A stretch of 64,000 nucleotides of DNA. Source: Alphaproteobacteria bacterium (GTDB lineage Bacteria; Pseudomonadota; Alphaproteobacteria; MPNO01; UBA830). The position numbers and the translations under genes are program-made. The notes below the pieces were generated by a model. That model saw only the letters and a list, made by a program, of their open reading frames with translations, was not told the origin of the DNA and ran no database searches. Below are positions 20,090 through 29,767 of this stretch, piece by piece; position 1 is the first letter of the stretch, and each line of letters opens with the position of its first letter. Where the stretch lies: positions 3,872,001-3,936,000 of the forward strand of contig OZ251539.1 of NCBI GenBank assembly GCA_965243135.1, written 5' to 3'.

Positions 20090-21822
20090 TCGATCCGGTT
20101 CTCGCGTCGGTGATTTCGCGCCGCCTCAAGTCGATCACCGAAGAGATGGGGCTGACGCTCTTGCGCACCACGCGGTCGCCGATCCTGAACGAAGCCCGCG
20201 ACTTCGTGACGGGGCTGTACGACGCGAACGGCGACATGCTGGAGCAAACCGAATACATCCCGGTGCTCGCGTTCGCCCTGGAACCGGTCTGCAAGGAGAT
20301 CGTGTCGTTCTTCGGAGACGAAATCCATCCGGGCGACGTGATTCTGCACAACGACGTGTTCAGCGGGGGCAACCAGAACAACGACGTCGCCGTGTTCCGG
20401 CCGGTCTTTCACGACGGAACGCTCGTCGGCTGGGCTGCCTGCAAGGGTCATCAGGCCGATATCGGAGGCGCGCAAGCGGGCGGCTACAACCCCGACGCGC
20501 GCGAGGTCTGGCAGGAAGCGCTCCGCATTCCGCCGCTCAAGATCCACGAGCGCGGCGAACTGCGCAGGGACGTCTGGCGGATGGTGTTCGCGAACATCCG
20601 CTACCCCGTCGTCGAAGAAGACATAAAGGCGCAGATCGGCGGAACCCGGATGGGCGAACGCGGGCTGCTGGATCTCGTCCGGCGATACGGCCTCGAGTCC
20701 TTCGCCGCCCACAAGAACCATTTGTTCGACAGCGCCGAAGCGATGGTCGCGCGGGAGATCGAAGCCATCCCCGACGGCATCTACCGCGGCGAAAGCACCG
20801 TTTTCTACGACGGCGTGACGGACGGCTCGGAAATGCGGATTCGGCTTGCGGTCACGGTCGAGGGCGGGCGCGTGACCTTCGACTTCACCGGCTCTTCGCC
20901 GCCGACCCCCGGCTTCGTCAACGCGCCCGCCGCGGCCACCGCGTCGGCGACGATCCTGACCTTCCTGATGCTGATAGATCCCCGCATCCCGCATAACGCA
21001 GGCCTGTTGCGGCGGATCCGGATCGTCAATCCCGAGGGATCGTTCCTCAACGCGCCGTTCCCGTCGGCGACGACTTTCGGCAACTCGATCACGGGGCCGA
21101 CGTCCGACGCGATCATGAAAGCCTTCGCCGAAGCGGTTCCGGACAGGGTGACCGCGGGCTGGAACCGCTTCCTCGGCTTCGCCGTCACGGGCCGCGACCC
21201 CCGCAAGGACCGGCCCTACGCCGACATCCTGTTTCTCGCGCTGAAAGGCGGGTCGGGCGCGACCCGCGGCGCCGACGGCTACGACCACATCGGCCTCATC
21301 AATTGCGCCGGCGGCATTCTGGCGCAGGACTACGAGATGTTCGAAATCCAGAACCCCCACTTCCTGACGAAGCACGAATACGCCACCGACTCCGCCGGCG
21401 CGGGGCGCTGGCGAGGCGGCCTCGGCGTCGACACGGAGTTTCGCATCGACGGAACCGATGTGACCGCGGTCGCTTTCGGCGACGGAACCGAGGAAGGCGC
21501 GCGGGCGTTCGGCCTGTTCGGCGGAAGGAGCGGATCGCGCAACCACGCCGCGCTGCGCAGTCCCGACGGCGCCGAGACCGTCGCGAAATCCAAGCAGATC
21601 CTGCGCGGAATCGCGCCCGGCACGATTCACCGGCAGACCGCCGGAGGAGGCGGCGGCTACGGCGACCCGTTCGAGCGGCCGGCAGCCCTGGTCGCCGACG
21701 AGGTGCGCGACGGCGTCGTATCGCCGGAAGCTGCGGAACGGGACTACGGCGTCGCCGTCGATCCGACGACCCTGGCGCTCGACCGCGACCGGACGGACCT
21801 GCTGCGAAAGGCGCGAAACTAA
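20086..21822 (+). CDS. hydantoinase B/oxoprolinase family protein
   Basis: EEMGLTL.RTTRSP, DSAGAGRWRGGLG, GGGGGYGDPFER. Confidence 0.92.
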   Translation: MIDPVLASVISRRLKSITEEMGLTLLRTTRSPILNEARDFVTGLYDANGDMLEQTEYIPVLAFALEPVCKEIVSFFGDEIHPGDVILHNDVFSGGNQNNDVAVFRPVFHDGTLVGWAACKGHQADIGGAQAGGYNPDAREVWQEALRIPPLKIHERGELRRDVWRMVFANIRYPVVEEDIKAQIGGTRMGERGLLDLVRRYGLESFAAHKNHLFDSAEAMVAREIEAIPDGIYRGESTVFYDGVTDGSEMRIRLAVTVEGGRVTFDFTGSSPPTPGFVNAPAAATASATILTFLMLIDPRIPHNAGLLRRIRIVNPEGSFLNAPFPSATTFGNSITGPTSDAIMKAFAEAVPDRVTAGWNRFLGFAVTGRDPRKDRPYADILFLALKGGSGATRGADGYDHIGLINCAGGILAQDYEMFEIQNPHFLTKHEYATDSAGAGRWRGGLGVDTEFRIDGTDVTAVAFGDGTEEGARAFGLFGGRSGSRNHAALRSPDGAETVAKSKQILRGIAPGTIHRQTAGGGGGYGDPFERPAALVADEVRDGVVSPEAAERDYGVAVDPTTLALDRDRTDLLRKARN

Positions 21823-22886
21823 GTGTCGAACAGATCCGGCTGATCGCCCCGGGGCGGCCTGAAGCGGGCGGTATCGAGGGAGAACCCGGGCAGGACGAGT
21901 CCGAACCGCCGGCGCGCCACGAGAAAGCGTTGCCGAATCAGATCGGCGTAGGGCCCGCTGCCCCGCATGCGATCACCGAAACCGGATTCGTACATTCGGC
22001 CGCCCCGGGTCTCGCGCACCGCGGCCAGGACATGCTTCGCCCGCAACGGCGCATGCAGTTCCAGCCATTCGCGAAACAGGTCCTTCAGTTCCAGCGGCAA
22101 TCGCAGCAGAACGTAGCCTGCGCTGCCGGCGCCGGCTTCGCCGGCCGCCTCGAGAATCGCTTCGATCTCGTGATCGTTCAGGGCCGGGATCACCGGCGCG
22201 ACCATCGCGCCGGTCGGAATCCCCGCCTCGGCGAGCCGCCTGATCGTTTCCAGCCGGCGCGACGGCGACGGCGCGCGCGGCTCCATGTCGCGCGCGAGGC
22301 TCCGGTCCAGGGTCGTCACCGAAACGCAAACCTGCACGAGATTCCTTTCGGCCATCGGGGCAAGGATGTCGATGTCGCGGGTGACGAGGCCGGACTTCGT
22401 GACGATCCCGACCGGATGATCGCAAGCGGCAAGCACTTCCAGCACCTGCCGCGTGATTCCGAGCTTGCGTTCGACCGGCTGGTAAGGGTCGGTATTCGCG
22501 CCCAGCGCGAGAACGTCGCAGACGTAGCCCGGCGCGCCCAGCTCCTTTTCCAGCAACGCTCCGGCATCCGCCTTGAAGAACAGCCGGGTCTCGAAATCAA
22601 GCCCTGGAGAAAGGCCGAGAAAGGCGTGGCTCGGCCGCGCGAAGCAGTAGATGCAGCCGTGCTCGCATCCGCGATAGGGATTGATCGAACGGTCGAACGG
22701 CACGTCTGGAGAGTCGTTGCGCGCGATGATGCGGCGCGCCGCGTCCGGCGTCAGCGTCGTCCGCGGAGAGGACGGGACCTCGTCGGAATCCCATCCGTCG
22801 TCCACCGCCTCGACCCGATAGGCCTCGAAACGGCCCGTCGGGTTGGTGGCCGCGCCGCGGCCCTTGCGCGCAAGAGGAATGGTCAT
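21819..22886 (-). CDS. PA0069/Rv2578c-family radical SAM protein (SPL-like DNA repair)
   Basis: NPYRGCEHGCIYCFAR, LGANTDPYQP, LRLPLE; start MTIPLARKGRGA. Confidence 0.92.
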   Translation of the reverse strand: MTIPLARKGRGAATNPTGRFEAYRVEAVDDGWDSDEVPSSPRTTLTPDAARRIIARNDSPDVPFDRSINPYRGCEHGCIYCFARPSHAFLGLSPGLDFETRLFFKADAGALLEKELGAPGYVCDVLALGANTDPYQPVERKLGITRQVLEVLAACDHPVGIVTKSGLVTRDIDILAPMAERNLVQVCVSVTTLDRSLARDMEPRAPSPSRRLETIRRLAEAGIPTGAMVAPVIPALNDHEIEAILEAAGEAGAGSAGYVLLRLPLELKDLFREWLELHAPLRAKHVLAAVRETRGGRMYESGFGDRMRGSGPYADLIRQRFLVARRRFGLVLPGFSLDTARFRPPRGDQPDLFDT

Positions 22887-22892
22887 GGCGCC

Positions 22893-22925
22893 ATTATGGA
22901 CCGCGTTTCGGAACGAAACAAGATT
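22893..22925 (-). promoter_or_regulatory. sigma70-like promoter overlapped by degenerate alphaproteobacterial LexA box
   Basis: Minus strand TTGTTT-N17-CATAAT, 6 nt before ATG; plus strand GAAC-N7-GATT versus consensus GAAC-N7-GAAC. Confidence 0.5.
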
Positions 22926-23300
22926 CTCGGAGGCTTGCGCGCCGCTCTCTCGGGGAATGCTTTCGGCCCCTTCTCCGCCGCAGCGAAGAACGCTTCGGCG
23001 AACCTTGCGAGCCGCCGTCGGGCGGTCGCCGACTTGCGCCATCGACCGCAGCGGTCGCGCCTTTTCTCCCGCCCCTGACTGGTCGCTGGGGCACGGTCGG
23101 GCACGGTCGGGCTCGCTCCGGGTCTGCGGCGTCGCGCCCCGGTAGCCGGAAATTCGCCTCTTGTCTTGAAGAAAGCCGTCCGCGCCGCCCTTGCGGATCT
23201 GCCGACGGGCGGCCGGAGCGAGGCGCGGACAGCAGCCGGGGGCAACGCATTCGCCTCTCCACTTGACTGCATCGTGCAATATAGAGTATGGAGGCGCATT

Positions 23301-23567
23301 ATGAACGGAACCACATTCGACGCTCTCGCCGCCGCCCGCAACCTTGAAGCAGCAGGCCTCGGGCGCGAACAGGCCGAAGCCATCGCTGCCGCATGCAGAC
23401 AGGCGGCCGGCACCGATCATCACACGCTCGCCACCAAGGCCGACGTCGCCGCCGTGAAAGCCGACGTCGCCGCCGTGAAAGCCGACGTCGCCGCCGTGAA
23501 ATGGGTCCTCGGCTTCGTCGCCGTTTTCGTTGTCGCCATGTCGGCTCGTCTGTTCGGCATAATCTGA
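23301..23567 (+). CDS. DUF1640/CCDC90-like small coiled-coil membrane-anchored protein
   Basis: FDALAAARNLEAAG...QAEAI...LATKAD head, heptad repeats, C-terminal TM helix; GGAGG RBS. Confidence 0.8.
   Translation: MNGTTFDALAAARNLEAAGLGREQAEAIAAACRQAAGTDHHTLATKADVAAVKADVAAVKADVAAVKWVLGFVAVFVVAMSARLFGII
23439..23501 (+). repeat. perfect 21-bp tandem repeat x3 (ADVAAVK heptad)
   Basis: GCCGACGTCGCCGCCGTGAAA at 23439, 23460, 23481. Confidence 0.95.
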
Positions 23568-23814
23568 CGATAGGGTTGGTCGTCAACCGACCCCGAAAGA
23601 TTTCGCGAAAAACGTTTGCGACCGCTTGACCTCGATCGGCGCATGAACGCCGACGGAACCTGCGGCTAAGGCTTTACGCCGTTGAAAATACAGGGTTCGT
23701 CTTCGCGGACATTTCGGGGTGATTCCGAACCCCTGTCAACTCTGAAGCGCAATGGATGCTGTCGGCAATCTCCGCCGGGCAAGCCGAGGTTCCCCGCAAC
23801 CCCGAGCCGCGCTC

Positions 23815-24963
23815 TCACGGCTGGCCCGCGCGCTCCTTCGAAGCGTCGAATTCGGCGAGAAAGCGCGCGGCGGGCTCGATCCGCAGACCGGACGGGTAGG
23901 ACTTGCTTTGCCCGAGCTCGCCGACGACCTGCGTTCTGCCGACCGGTTCGTCCGCGAGGAGCCGCGCGAAATTGCGGCTCGGCGACGCGTCGCGCCATTT
24001 TACCTCGAACATCCGCCACGGGCGTCCGTCCCGCGTGACCAGGAAATCGATTTCCCGCCCCTCGCGGTCCCGCACGTAACGCAGATCGACATCGCAGCCT
24101 TCGACGTCCTGAGCGCGGTGCAGCTCCTTGAGCAGCGCGCATGCGACAAGATTCTCCAGTCGCGACCCGGGGTCTCCCCGCACCATCGCGTTGTCGAAAA
24201 AGTAGTACTTGGGCTCCTTGCTCAGCGCGCGCGCAACGTTCCTGTGGAAGGGCGGCACGCGGAAGATCACGTAGAGGTCCTCCAGCAGGCGCAGCCAATG
24301 CTGCACGGTATTGCGCGACTTCTGCAAATCGCGGGCGAGCGAATTCGCGGAAACCGGGCTGCCGACCCGGGAACGAAGCAATTCGATGAGCGTTTCGATG
24401 GACTGAATGTCCCTGACTGCGGAGAGAGCGAGCAGATCCTCCTTGAGGATAGCGTCGACATGAGCGCGCTTCCATCGGTTGTACCAGGATCTCGACCCTC
24501 GAAGAAACGGCTCGGGAAAGCCCCCGAGCTGCATCAGGCGGTCGAAGATATCGTCCGCGTTCAGATCCGTTCGATTCAGCGCCTCCTTCATGTCGACCGG
24601 ATGCAGCCGGAAGTGGAAATAGCGGCCCGCGAGGGAATCTCCGGTCTTGCGGAACGCTTCGAGCCTGGCGCTGCCGGTGACGATCAGCGCCGGCGGCAAC
24701 CCCTCGACGTCGTATATTCCCTTGAGCCAGGCTCTCCAGCCTTCCATCTTGTGAAGTTCGTCGAGAACGATCAGCGCCTTGCGACGATCCCAGCTCTTCT
24801 CTCGCAGCAACAATCGATGTTCGGCGAGATCGTGATTAATGCATTGATGGTCCGGATGCAGCATCCGAGCGAGCGTGGTCTTGCCTGATTGCCGCGGCCC
24901 CGAGAGCAGCACGATCTTGCAACGGAGGTCTGCGGCGATCGCCGACTGAAGGTATCGTTCCAT
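23815..24963 (-). CDS. AAA_14 ATPase / DUF4143 protein
   Basis: GPRQSGKTT, LDELHK, DSLAGR, KEPKYYFFD, EIDFL...FEVK. Confidence 0.92.
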   Translation of the reverse strand: MERYLQSAIAADLRCKIVLLSGPRQSGKTTLARMLHPDHQCINHDLAEHRLLLREKSWDRRKALIVLDELHKMEGWRAWLKGIYDVEGLPPALIVTGSARLEAFRKTGDSLAGRYFHFRLHPVDMKEALNRTDLNADDIFDRLMQLGGFPEPFLRGSRSWYNRWKRAHVDAILKEDLLALSAVRDIQSIETLIELLRSRVGSPVSANSLARDLQKSRNTVQHWLRLLEDLYVIFRVPPFHRNVARALSKEPKYYFFDNAMVRGDPGSRLENLVACALLKELHRAQDVEGCDVDLRYVRDREGREIDFLVTRDGRPWRMFEVKWRDASPSRNFARLLADEPVGRTQVVGELGQSKSYPSGLRIEPAARFLAEFDASKERAGQP

Positions 24964-25003
24964 GGTCGGGCACCAAGATTCTGACTCCGCATTTTTTCAC
25001 GAA

Positions 25004-25050
25004 ACTGACGAAATGTCGAGTCTTTTCGTCAGTCCGATGACGAAATGTCG
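25004..25050. promoter_or_regulatory. putative operator: three alternating TGACGAAA boxes
   Basis: ACTGACGAAA (25004-13) / TTTCGTCAGT (25024-33) inverted repeat, plus direct repeat TGACGAAATGTCG. Confidence 0.5.
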
Positions 25051-25079
25051 GGTCGCGAAACCTCGCCGGACCGGTCTCG

Positions 25080-25685
25080 CTACACAGGGCGGCGCGCCTT
25101 CAGCGCCGTGGTCAGCGTTCCGTCGTCGAGGTAGTCGAGTTCGCCGCCGACCGGCACGCCGTGGGCGAGGCGGGAGATCTTCGGCCTGTCGCCTTGCGGC
25201 AAATCCTCGAGGCGGTCGGTGACGTAGTGCGCGGTCGTCTGGCCTTCCACCGTCGCGGACATCGCGAGGATGACCTCCGCGACGCCGCCGCCTGCAACCC
25301 GCTCGACCAGTTCCGAAATCCTGAGATCCTCCGGGCCCCGTCCGTCCAACGCCGACAACGTCCCGCCGAGAACGTGATAGGCGCCCCTGAACGACGCGCT
25401 GCGTTCGAGCGCCCACAGGTCGGCGACTTCCTCGACCACGCAGATCGTCGTCCGGTCGCGGCCGGCGTCGCAACACAAGACGCACGGATTCTCGGTATCG
25501 AGATTGCCGCATACGCGGCAGGCGCGCACCGTCCGCGCCACTTCCTCCATAGTCCGGGAAAGCGGCTCCAGAAGAGTCTCGCGGCGCCTGACGAGATGCA
25601 GCGCCGCGCGGCGCGCGGATCGCGGTCCCAGTCCCGGCAACCTCGCAAGCAGCCGGATCAGATCTTCGATTCCGGACGAAGGCAC
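25080..25685 (-). CDS. recR: recombination mediator RecR
   Basis: [12 protein letters not shown]4 zinc finger, Toprim, [11 protein letters not shown]; conserved synteny. Confidence 0.97.
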   Translation of the reverse strand: MPSSGIEDLIRLLARLPGLGPRSARRAALHLVRRRETLLEPLSRTMEEVARTVRACRVCGNLDTENPCVLCCDAGRDRTTICVVEEVADLWALERSASFRGAYHVLGGTLSALDGRGPEDLRISELVERVAGGGVAEVILAMSATVEGQTTAHYVTDRLEDLPQGDRPKISRLAHGVPVGGELDYLDDGTLTTALKARRPV

Positions 25686-25713
25686 CGGTCCGAAGGCGGC
25701 GCGGCGGCTTCCG

Positions 25714-26031
25714 TCAGAAACGCAGTTCCGGAGGAAAGGTCAGGCCCCCGGTGGCTTTGGACATCTCTTCCTGGCTGCGGTCGTCGGCCTTGGTCTTGGC
25801 GTCGCCGTAAGCCGCGACGATCAAGTCCTCGAGGACGCCCACGTCTTCGCTGTTGAACAGGGACGGATCGATTTTGATCCGCAGCATTTCGCATTTGCCA
25901 TTGAGCGTCACCGACACCATGCCCCCTCCGGACGCGCCGGAAATTTCCATTTTTCCGAGGCGCTCGCTCACCTCCTGAAAACGGACTTGGACGCTCTGGG
26001 CCTGCCTCATCAAGTTCCCGAAATTCTTCAT
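25714..26031 (-). CDS. ybaB: YbaB/EbfC nucleoid-associated protein
   Basis: [20 protein letters not shown]; lies between dnaX and recR. Confidence 0.95.
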   Translation of the reverse strand: MKNFGNLMRQAQSVQVRFQEVSERLGKMEISGASGGGMVSVTLNGKCEMLRIKIDPSLFNSEDVGVLEDLIVAAYGDAKTKADDRSQEEMSKATGGLTFPPELRF

Positions 26032-26033
26032 GA

Positions 26034-27794
26034 CTATCCCTCGGCTGCGCCGGCGAGCGCCCCGAAGGGCGCGTCGGCAGTTCGGATTTTTATCTTGGCG
26101 CCGGGAAAAGCGTCCAGCGCCTTCGCGACCGCCGGATGAGCGAGCGCCGCGGCGCGCCGCTCATCTTCCTCTCTTTTCCGCTGTTGCCGCAAAGTGGGCG
26201 ATCCTTCTTCGTCGCAGTTCTCGACCGTCCAGCCGGCGCCGGTCCAATCGCTCAGACGCTCGGCGACCCGACTCGGGAGATCGCGCGGCGCTTCCTCGGT
26301 CAGTCGAAGCGCGATGTTGCCGGCCTCGAACCGCACCAGATGCGCATTGTTGACGAGATAGGCATGCAACAGCGGCTCGCCGCGAGCTTCGAACAGGTCG
26401 ACGGCTTCCACGAAGCTGGCGGGCGAGGCCGCAGGCCTTTCTGCGATCGGGGCGGGCGCAGGCGAAGCTGTCGGCTCAGGCCTTTCGACGACCGGCGCAG
26501 GCGAAGTTGCCGTCGCAGTCCTTTCGACGCCTGGGGCGGGCGAAGTTCCCGCCGCAGTCGCAGGCGAGGCTGCCGACGTTTCGCCGGACGCCGCCGAGGC
26601 CGGGGTTCCCGGCGCTCCGGAGGCAGCGGCAGATTTCCCTCTCAACGCGGCCGCCAGATCCGCCGGAGTGGGCAAGTCGGCGACATAGGCGATGCGAACC
26701 AGCACCATCTCCGCGGCCTGCGCCGCCGACGGCGCGTTGCGCGTTTCCTCGATCCCCTTGAGCAGCATTTGCCAGGTTCGCGCCAGCGCCGCCATGGGCA
26801 GACGCTCCGCAAGGCCGCGGCCGCGCTCCATGTCGAATGCCGGCGCGATGCCCGCCGCGCCCGGCGCGGCCTTCAGCCGCGTCAGCCAATGGGTCAACTC
26901 GGCAAGATCCCTCAGAATCGTTACCGGATCGGCGCCGGCTCCGTACATGGAATCGAACAGTTCCAGCGCCTGGGCGATCTCGCCCTTCATGAGGCGTTCG
27001 AAGAGCTCCACGACATGAACGCGCTCCGCGACGCCGAGCATCTCGCGCACGGCTTCCTCGCCGATCTCCGCGCCGGGCCCGCCATGCGCAACCGCTTGGT
27101 CGAGCAGCGACAGGCCGTCGCGCACCGAGCCGTCCGCCGCCCGGGCGATCAGGGCGATCGCGCCTTCGGAAACGCTGGCGCCTTCCTTGCGCGCGATCTC
27201 GGAGAAATGCCCGGCGAGGACCTCAAGGCCGACGCGGCGCAGGTCGAAGCGCTGGCAACGCGACAGCACCGTGACCGGCACCCGGCGTATTTCCGTCGTC
27301 GCGAAGATGAACTTGACGTGCTCCGGGGGCTCCTCGAGAGTCTTGAGCAACGCGTTGAAAGCGTTGCGCGAAAGCATGTGCACCTCGTCGACGATGTATA
27401 TCTTGAAGCGTCCCGTGACCGGCCGGTAGAGCACCCCGTCGATCAGATCGCGAATGTCGTCGACCCCGGTGCGGCTGGCGGCGTCCATTTCAAGCACGTC
27501 GACATGGCGGTCCTCGGAAATCGACGCGCAGTGCTCGCAAGCGCCGCACGGATTCGGCGTGGGGCCTCCCTGCCCGTCGGCGCCCACGCAATTCAGGGCG
27601 CGGGCGATGATCCGGGCGGTCGTCGTCTTGCCGACGCCGCGCACGCCGGTGAGGATGAACGCGTGCGCGAGGCGGGCGGACTCGATCGCGTTCGACAGCG
27701 TCCGCACCATGGCCTCCTGGCCGATCAGCGTCGAGAAATCGACGGGCCGGTATTTGCGAGCCAGAACGCGATAGGGCTGTGGGGCGTCTGTCAT
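26034..27794 (-). CDS. dnaX: DNA polymerase III subunit gamma/tau
   Basis: YRVLARKYRP, GVRGVGKTT, DEVHMLS, LSRCQRFDL; start MTDAPQ. Confidence 0.97.
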   Translation of the reverse strand: MTDAPQPYRVLARKYRPVDFSTLIGQEAMVRTLSNAIESARLAHAFILTGVRGVGKTTTARIIARALNCVGADGQGGPTPNPCGACEHCASISEDRHVDVLEMDAASRTGVDDIRDLIDGVLYRPVTGRFKIYIVDEVHMLSRNAFNALLKTLEEPPEHVKFIFATTEIRRVPVTVLSRCQRFDLRRVGLEVLAGHFSEIARKEGASVSEGAIALIARAADGSVRDGLSLLDQAVAHGGPGAEIGEEAVREMLGVAERVHVVELFERLMKGEIAQALELFDSMYGAGADPVTILRDLAELTHWLTRLKAAPGAAGIAPAFDMERGRGLAERLPMAALARTWQMLLKGIEETRNAPSAAQAAEMVLVRIAYVADLPTPADLAAALRGKSAAASGAPGTPASAASGETSAASPATAAGTSPAPGVERTATATSPAPVVERPEPTASPAPAPIAERPAASPASFVEAVDLFEARGEPLLHAYLVNNAHLVRFEAGNIALRLTEEAPRDLPSRVAERLSDWTGAGWTVENCDEEGSPTLRQQRKREEDERRAAALAHPAVAKALDAFPGAKIKIRTADAPFGALAGAAEG

Positions 27795-27815
27795 TCGTCC
27801 GCGCCGGTGATGAAC

Positions 27816-27909
27816 GGAGACCGGCCTGACGACCCGGAAACATCCCGCTGCGGCTGCTTCCTTCCGGACCTGACCGGGTTCACGGGCGATCCGTCCGCCG
27901 CCGGCCTCC
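27816..27909 (-). ncRNA. ffs: signal recognition particle 4.5S RNA
   Basis: Minus strand contains GGTCAGGTCCGGAAGGAAGCAGCC; terminal GGAGG/TCTCC stem; upstream of dnaX. Confidence 0.95.
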
Positions 27910-27987
27910 TGCGGGCAGTATACCAGACGCCGCGCCTCGACAAAGCCGCCGATTGCGTCCTGCCGGGGTCTGTGCGACTCTTGCCGC

Positions 27988-28884
27988 ATGCACAACCACT
28001 ATGCCGACGTGACGCTGGATCGGGTTGCGCATCTTCGCGCCGACGAAGCTTGGCTGCGGACGCGGCTGGAGGCGCCCGAAACGATCTTCGTCCCGGTCTG
28101 GCGTTCGAAAAACCTGGTCGTCCGGCGGGAAACGCCGCAGGGGGTAATGATGCGCGAGGGCGAGGCCAGAGATCTCGTCGACGCGGCGCGCACAACGGTA
28201 CTGCTGGGCCTGCGCGGCGAAATCGCGCATTTCGCCGTCGACATATCCCATGTCGAGGAAAAGGATCTCGACTCGCTGCGAGGCGCCGCCGAGTTCGTCG
28301 ACCTGCGCTCGGTCGGCGCCGTCATGGACCGAGGCGAGGCGTCGATTCTCGCCTACGCCAAGGGCATCATGCACTGGCATGCGCGCCACGGGTTCTGCGG
28401 CGCGTGCGGCGCGCCCACCCGGATTCGGGAAGCCGGCCATCTGCGGGAATGCGGGCGCTGCGGCGCGCTTCATTTTCCGCGCACGGATCCCGCCGTCATC
28501 ATGCTGGTCGCCAGGGGCGACCGCGTTCTCCTCGGGCGCAAGGCGGAATGGATGGACGGCATGTATTCGACGCTGGCCGGCTTCGTGGAGCCGGGAGAAA
28601 GCCTCGAACATGCGGTCGCCCGCGAAGTCATGGAGGAAGCGGGGGTCGCGGTTTCGAACATCCGGTACCATTCCTCCCAGCCTTGGCCGTTTCCGGCGTC
28701 GCTGATGCTGGGCTTCCACGCCGACGCCGACACCGACGCGTTCACGCGCAACGAAGAGGAACTCGAGGACCTGCGCTGGTTCACGCGGAAAGAACTGGCG
28801 GAGGGCGGCGCGGGAATCTCGCGGCGGCCGCGGTCCGACTCGATCGCGAGGCGATTGATCGACGAGTGGATCCGGCGAGGTTAA
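27988..28884 (+). CDS. nudC: NAD(+) diphosphatase NudC
   Basis: FCGACG, FPRTDPAVI, Nudix box GFVEPGESLEHAVAREVMEE, SQPWPFPASLM. Confidence 0.95.
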   Translation: MHNHYADVTLDRVAHLRADEAWLRTRLEAPETIFVPVWRSKNLVVRRETPQGVMMREGEARDLVDAARTTVLLGLRGEIAHFAVDISHVEEKDLDSLRGAAEFVDLRSVGAVMDRGEASILAYAKGIMHWHARHGFCGACGAPTRIREAGHLRECGRCGALHFPRTDPAVIMLVARGDRVLLGRKAEWMDGMYSTLAGFVEPGESLEHAVAREVMEEAGVAVSNIRYHSSQPWPFPASLMLGFHADADTDAFTRNEEELEDLRWFTRKELAEGGAGISRRPRSDSIARRLIDEWIRRG

Positions 28885-29753
28885 GCGCCGGCGCCGCGTC
28901 CTTTGCCCGGCCGCGTTTTACCGCTTCTGAAGGGATCCGCGGGATAGGTGCCGAGAAGGCGCACCTCGCGGGTGAAGAAATCGAGCTCCTCCAGGGCCAG
29001 CCGGACGTCGCGGTCGCGAGGGTCGCCTTCGATGTCGGCGTAGAACTGCGTCGCGAAGAAATCCCCTCCGAGCATGTAGCTTTCCAGCTTGGTCATGTTG
29101 ACGCCGTTGGTGGCGAAGCCGCCGAGCGCCTTGAACAGCGCCGCCGGCACGTTGCGCACCCGAAAGACGAAGGTCGTGATGACCGGCGTCGCGTCCCGCC
29201 GGCGCCTCAACGGGGTGCGCGCCAGGACGAGGAAGCGGGTGGTGTTGTGCTCGGCGTCCTCGATGTTGGCTCCGAGGGAATTCAGGCCGTAGACCTCGCC
29301 CGCCAGCTTCGACGCGATCGCGGCTTCGGCGGGGTCGCCGGCGGCCGCGATGTCGGCGGCGGCTCCCGCGGTATCCGCGTGGACGACGGGCTCCAGTTCA
29401 TGCCGCCGAAGAAAATCGCGGCATTGGCCGAGCGCGTGCACGTGACTGTGCACGCGCTTGATCGTCTTCAGCGTGGCGCCTTCGGGCGCGAGAAGATGAT
29501 GGTTCACCCGCGCGAAATGCTCGCCGACGATATGCAATCCGGATTCGGGCATCAGCCTGTGGATGTCGGCGACCCGGCCGGCCAGCGAATTCTCGATGGG
29601 AATCATGGCGTAGCGCGCGCGCCGGTCGCGCACCGCCGCGAGCGTGTCCTCGAAAGCGCGGGTCGCGAGCGCCCTCAAGTCCGGAAAGTAATCGCGGCAG
29701 GCCAAGTGCGAGTAGGCACCCGGCCGGCCCTGAAATGCGATGGATGCGGGCAT
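28881..29753 (-). CDS. pheA: prephenate dehydratase
   Basis: IAFQG.PGAYS, PIENS, NTTRF, ACT domain NMTKLES. Confidence 0.95.
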   Translation of the reverse strand: MPASIAFQGRPGAYSHLACRDYFPDLRALATRAFEDTLAAVRDRRARYAMIPIENSLAGRVADIHRLMPESGLHIVGEHFARVNHHLLAPEGATLKTIKRVHSHVHALGQCRDFLRRHELEPVVHADTAGAAADIAAAGDPAEAAIASKLAGEVYGLNSLGANIEDAEHNTTRFLVLARTPLRRRRDATPVITTFVFRVRNVPAALFKALGGFATNGVNMTKLESYMLGGDFFATQFYADIEGDPRDRDVRLALEELDFFTREVRLLGTYPADPFRSGKTRPGKGRGAGA

Positions 29754-29767
29754 GCAGTTGCGAGCCG

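Noticed and set aside
26034-27794. Programmed -1 frameshift in dnaX
   Set aside because: No A-AAA-AAG or poly-A slippery site seen on the coding strand
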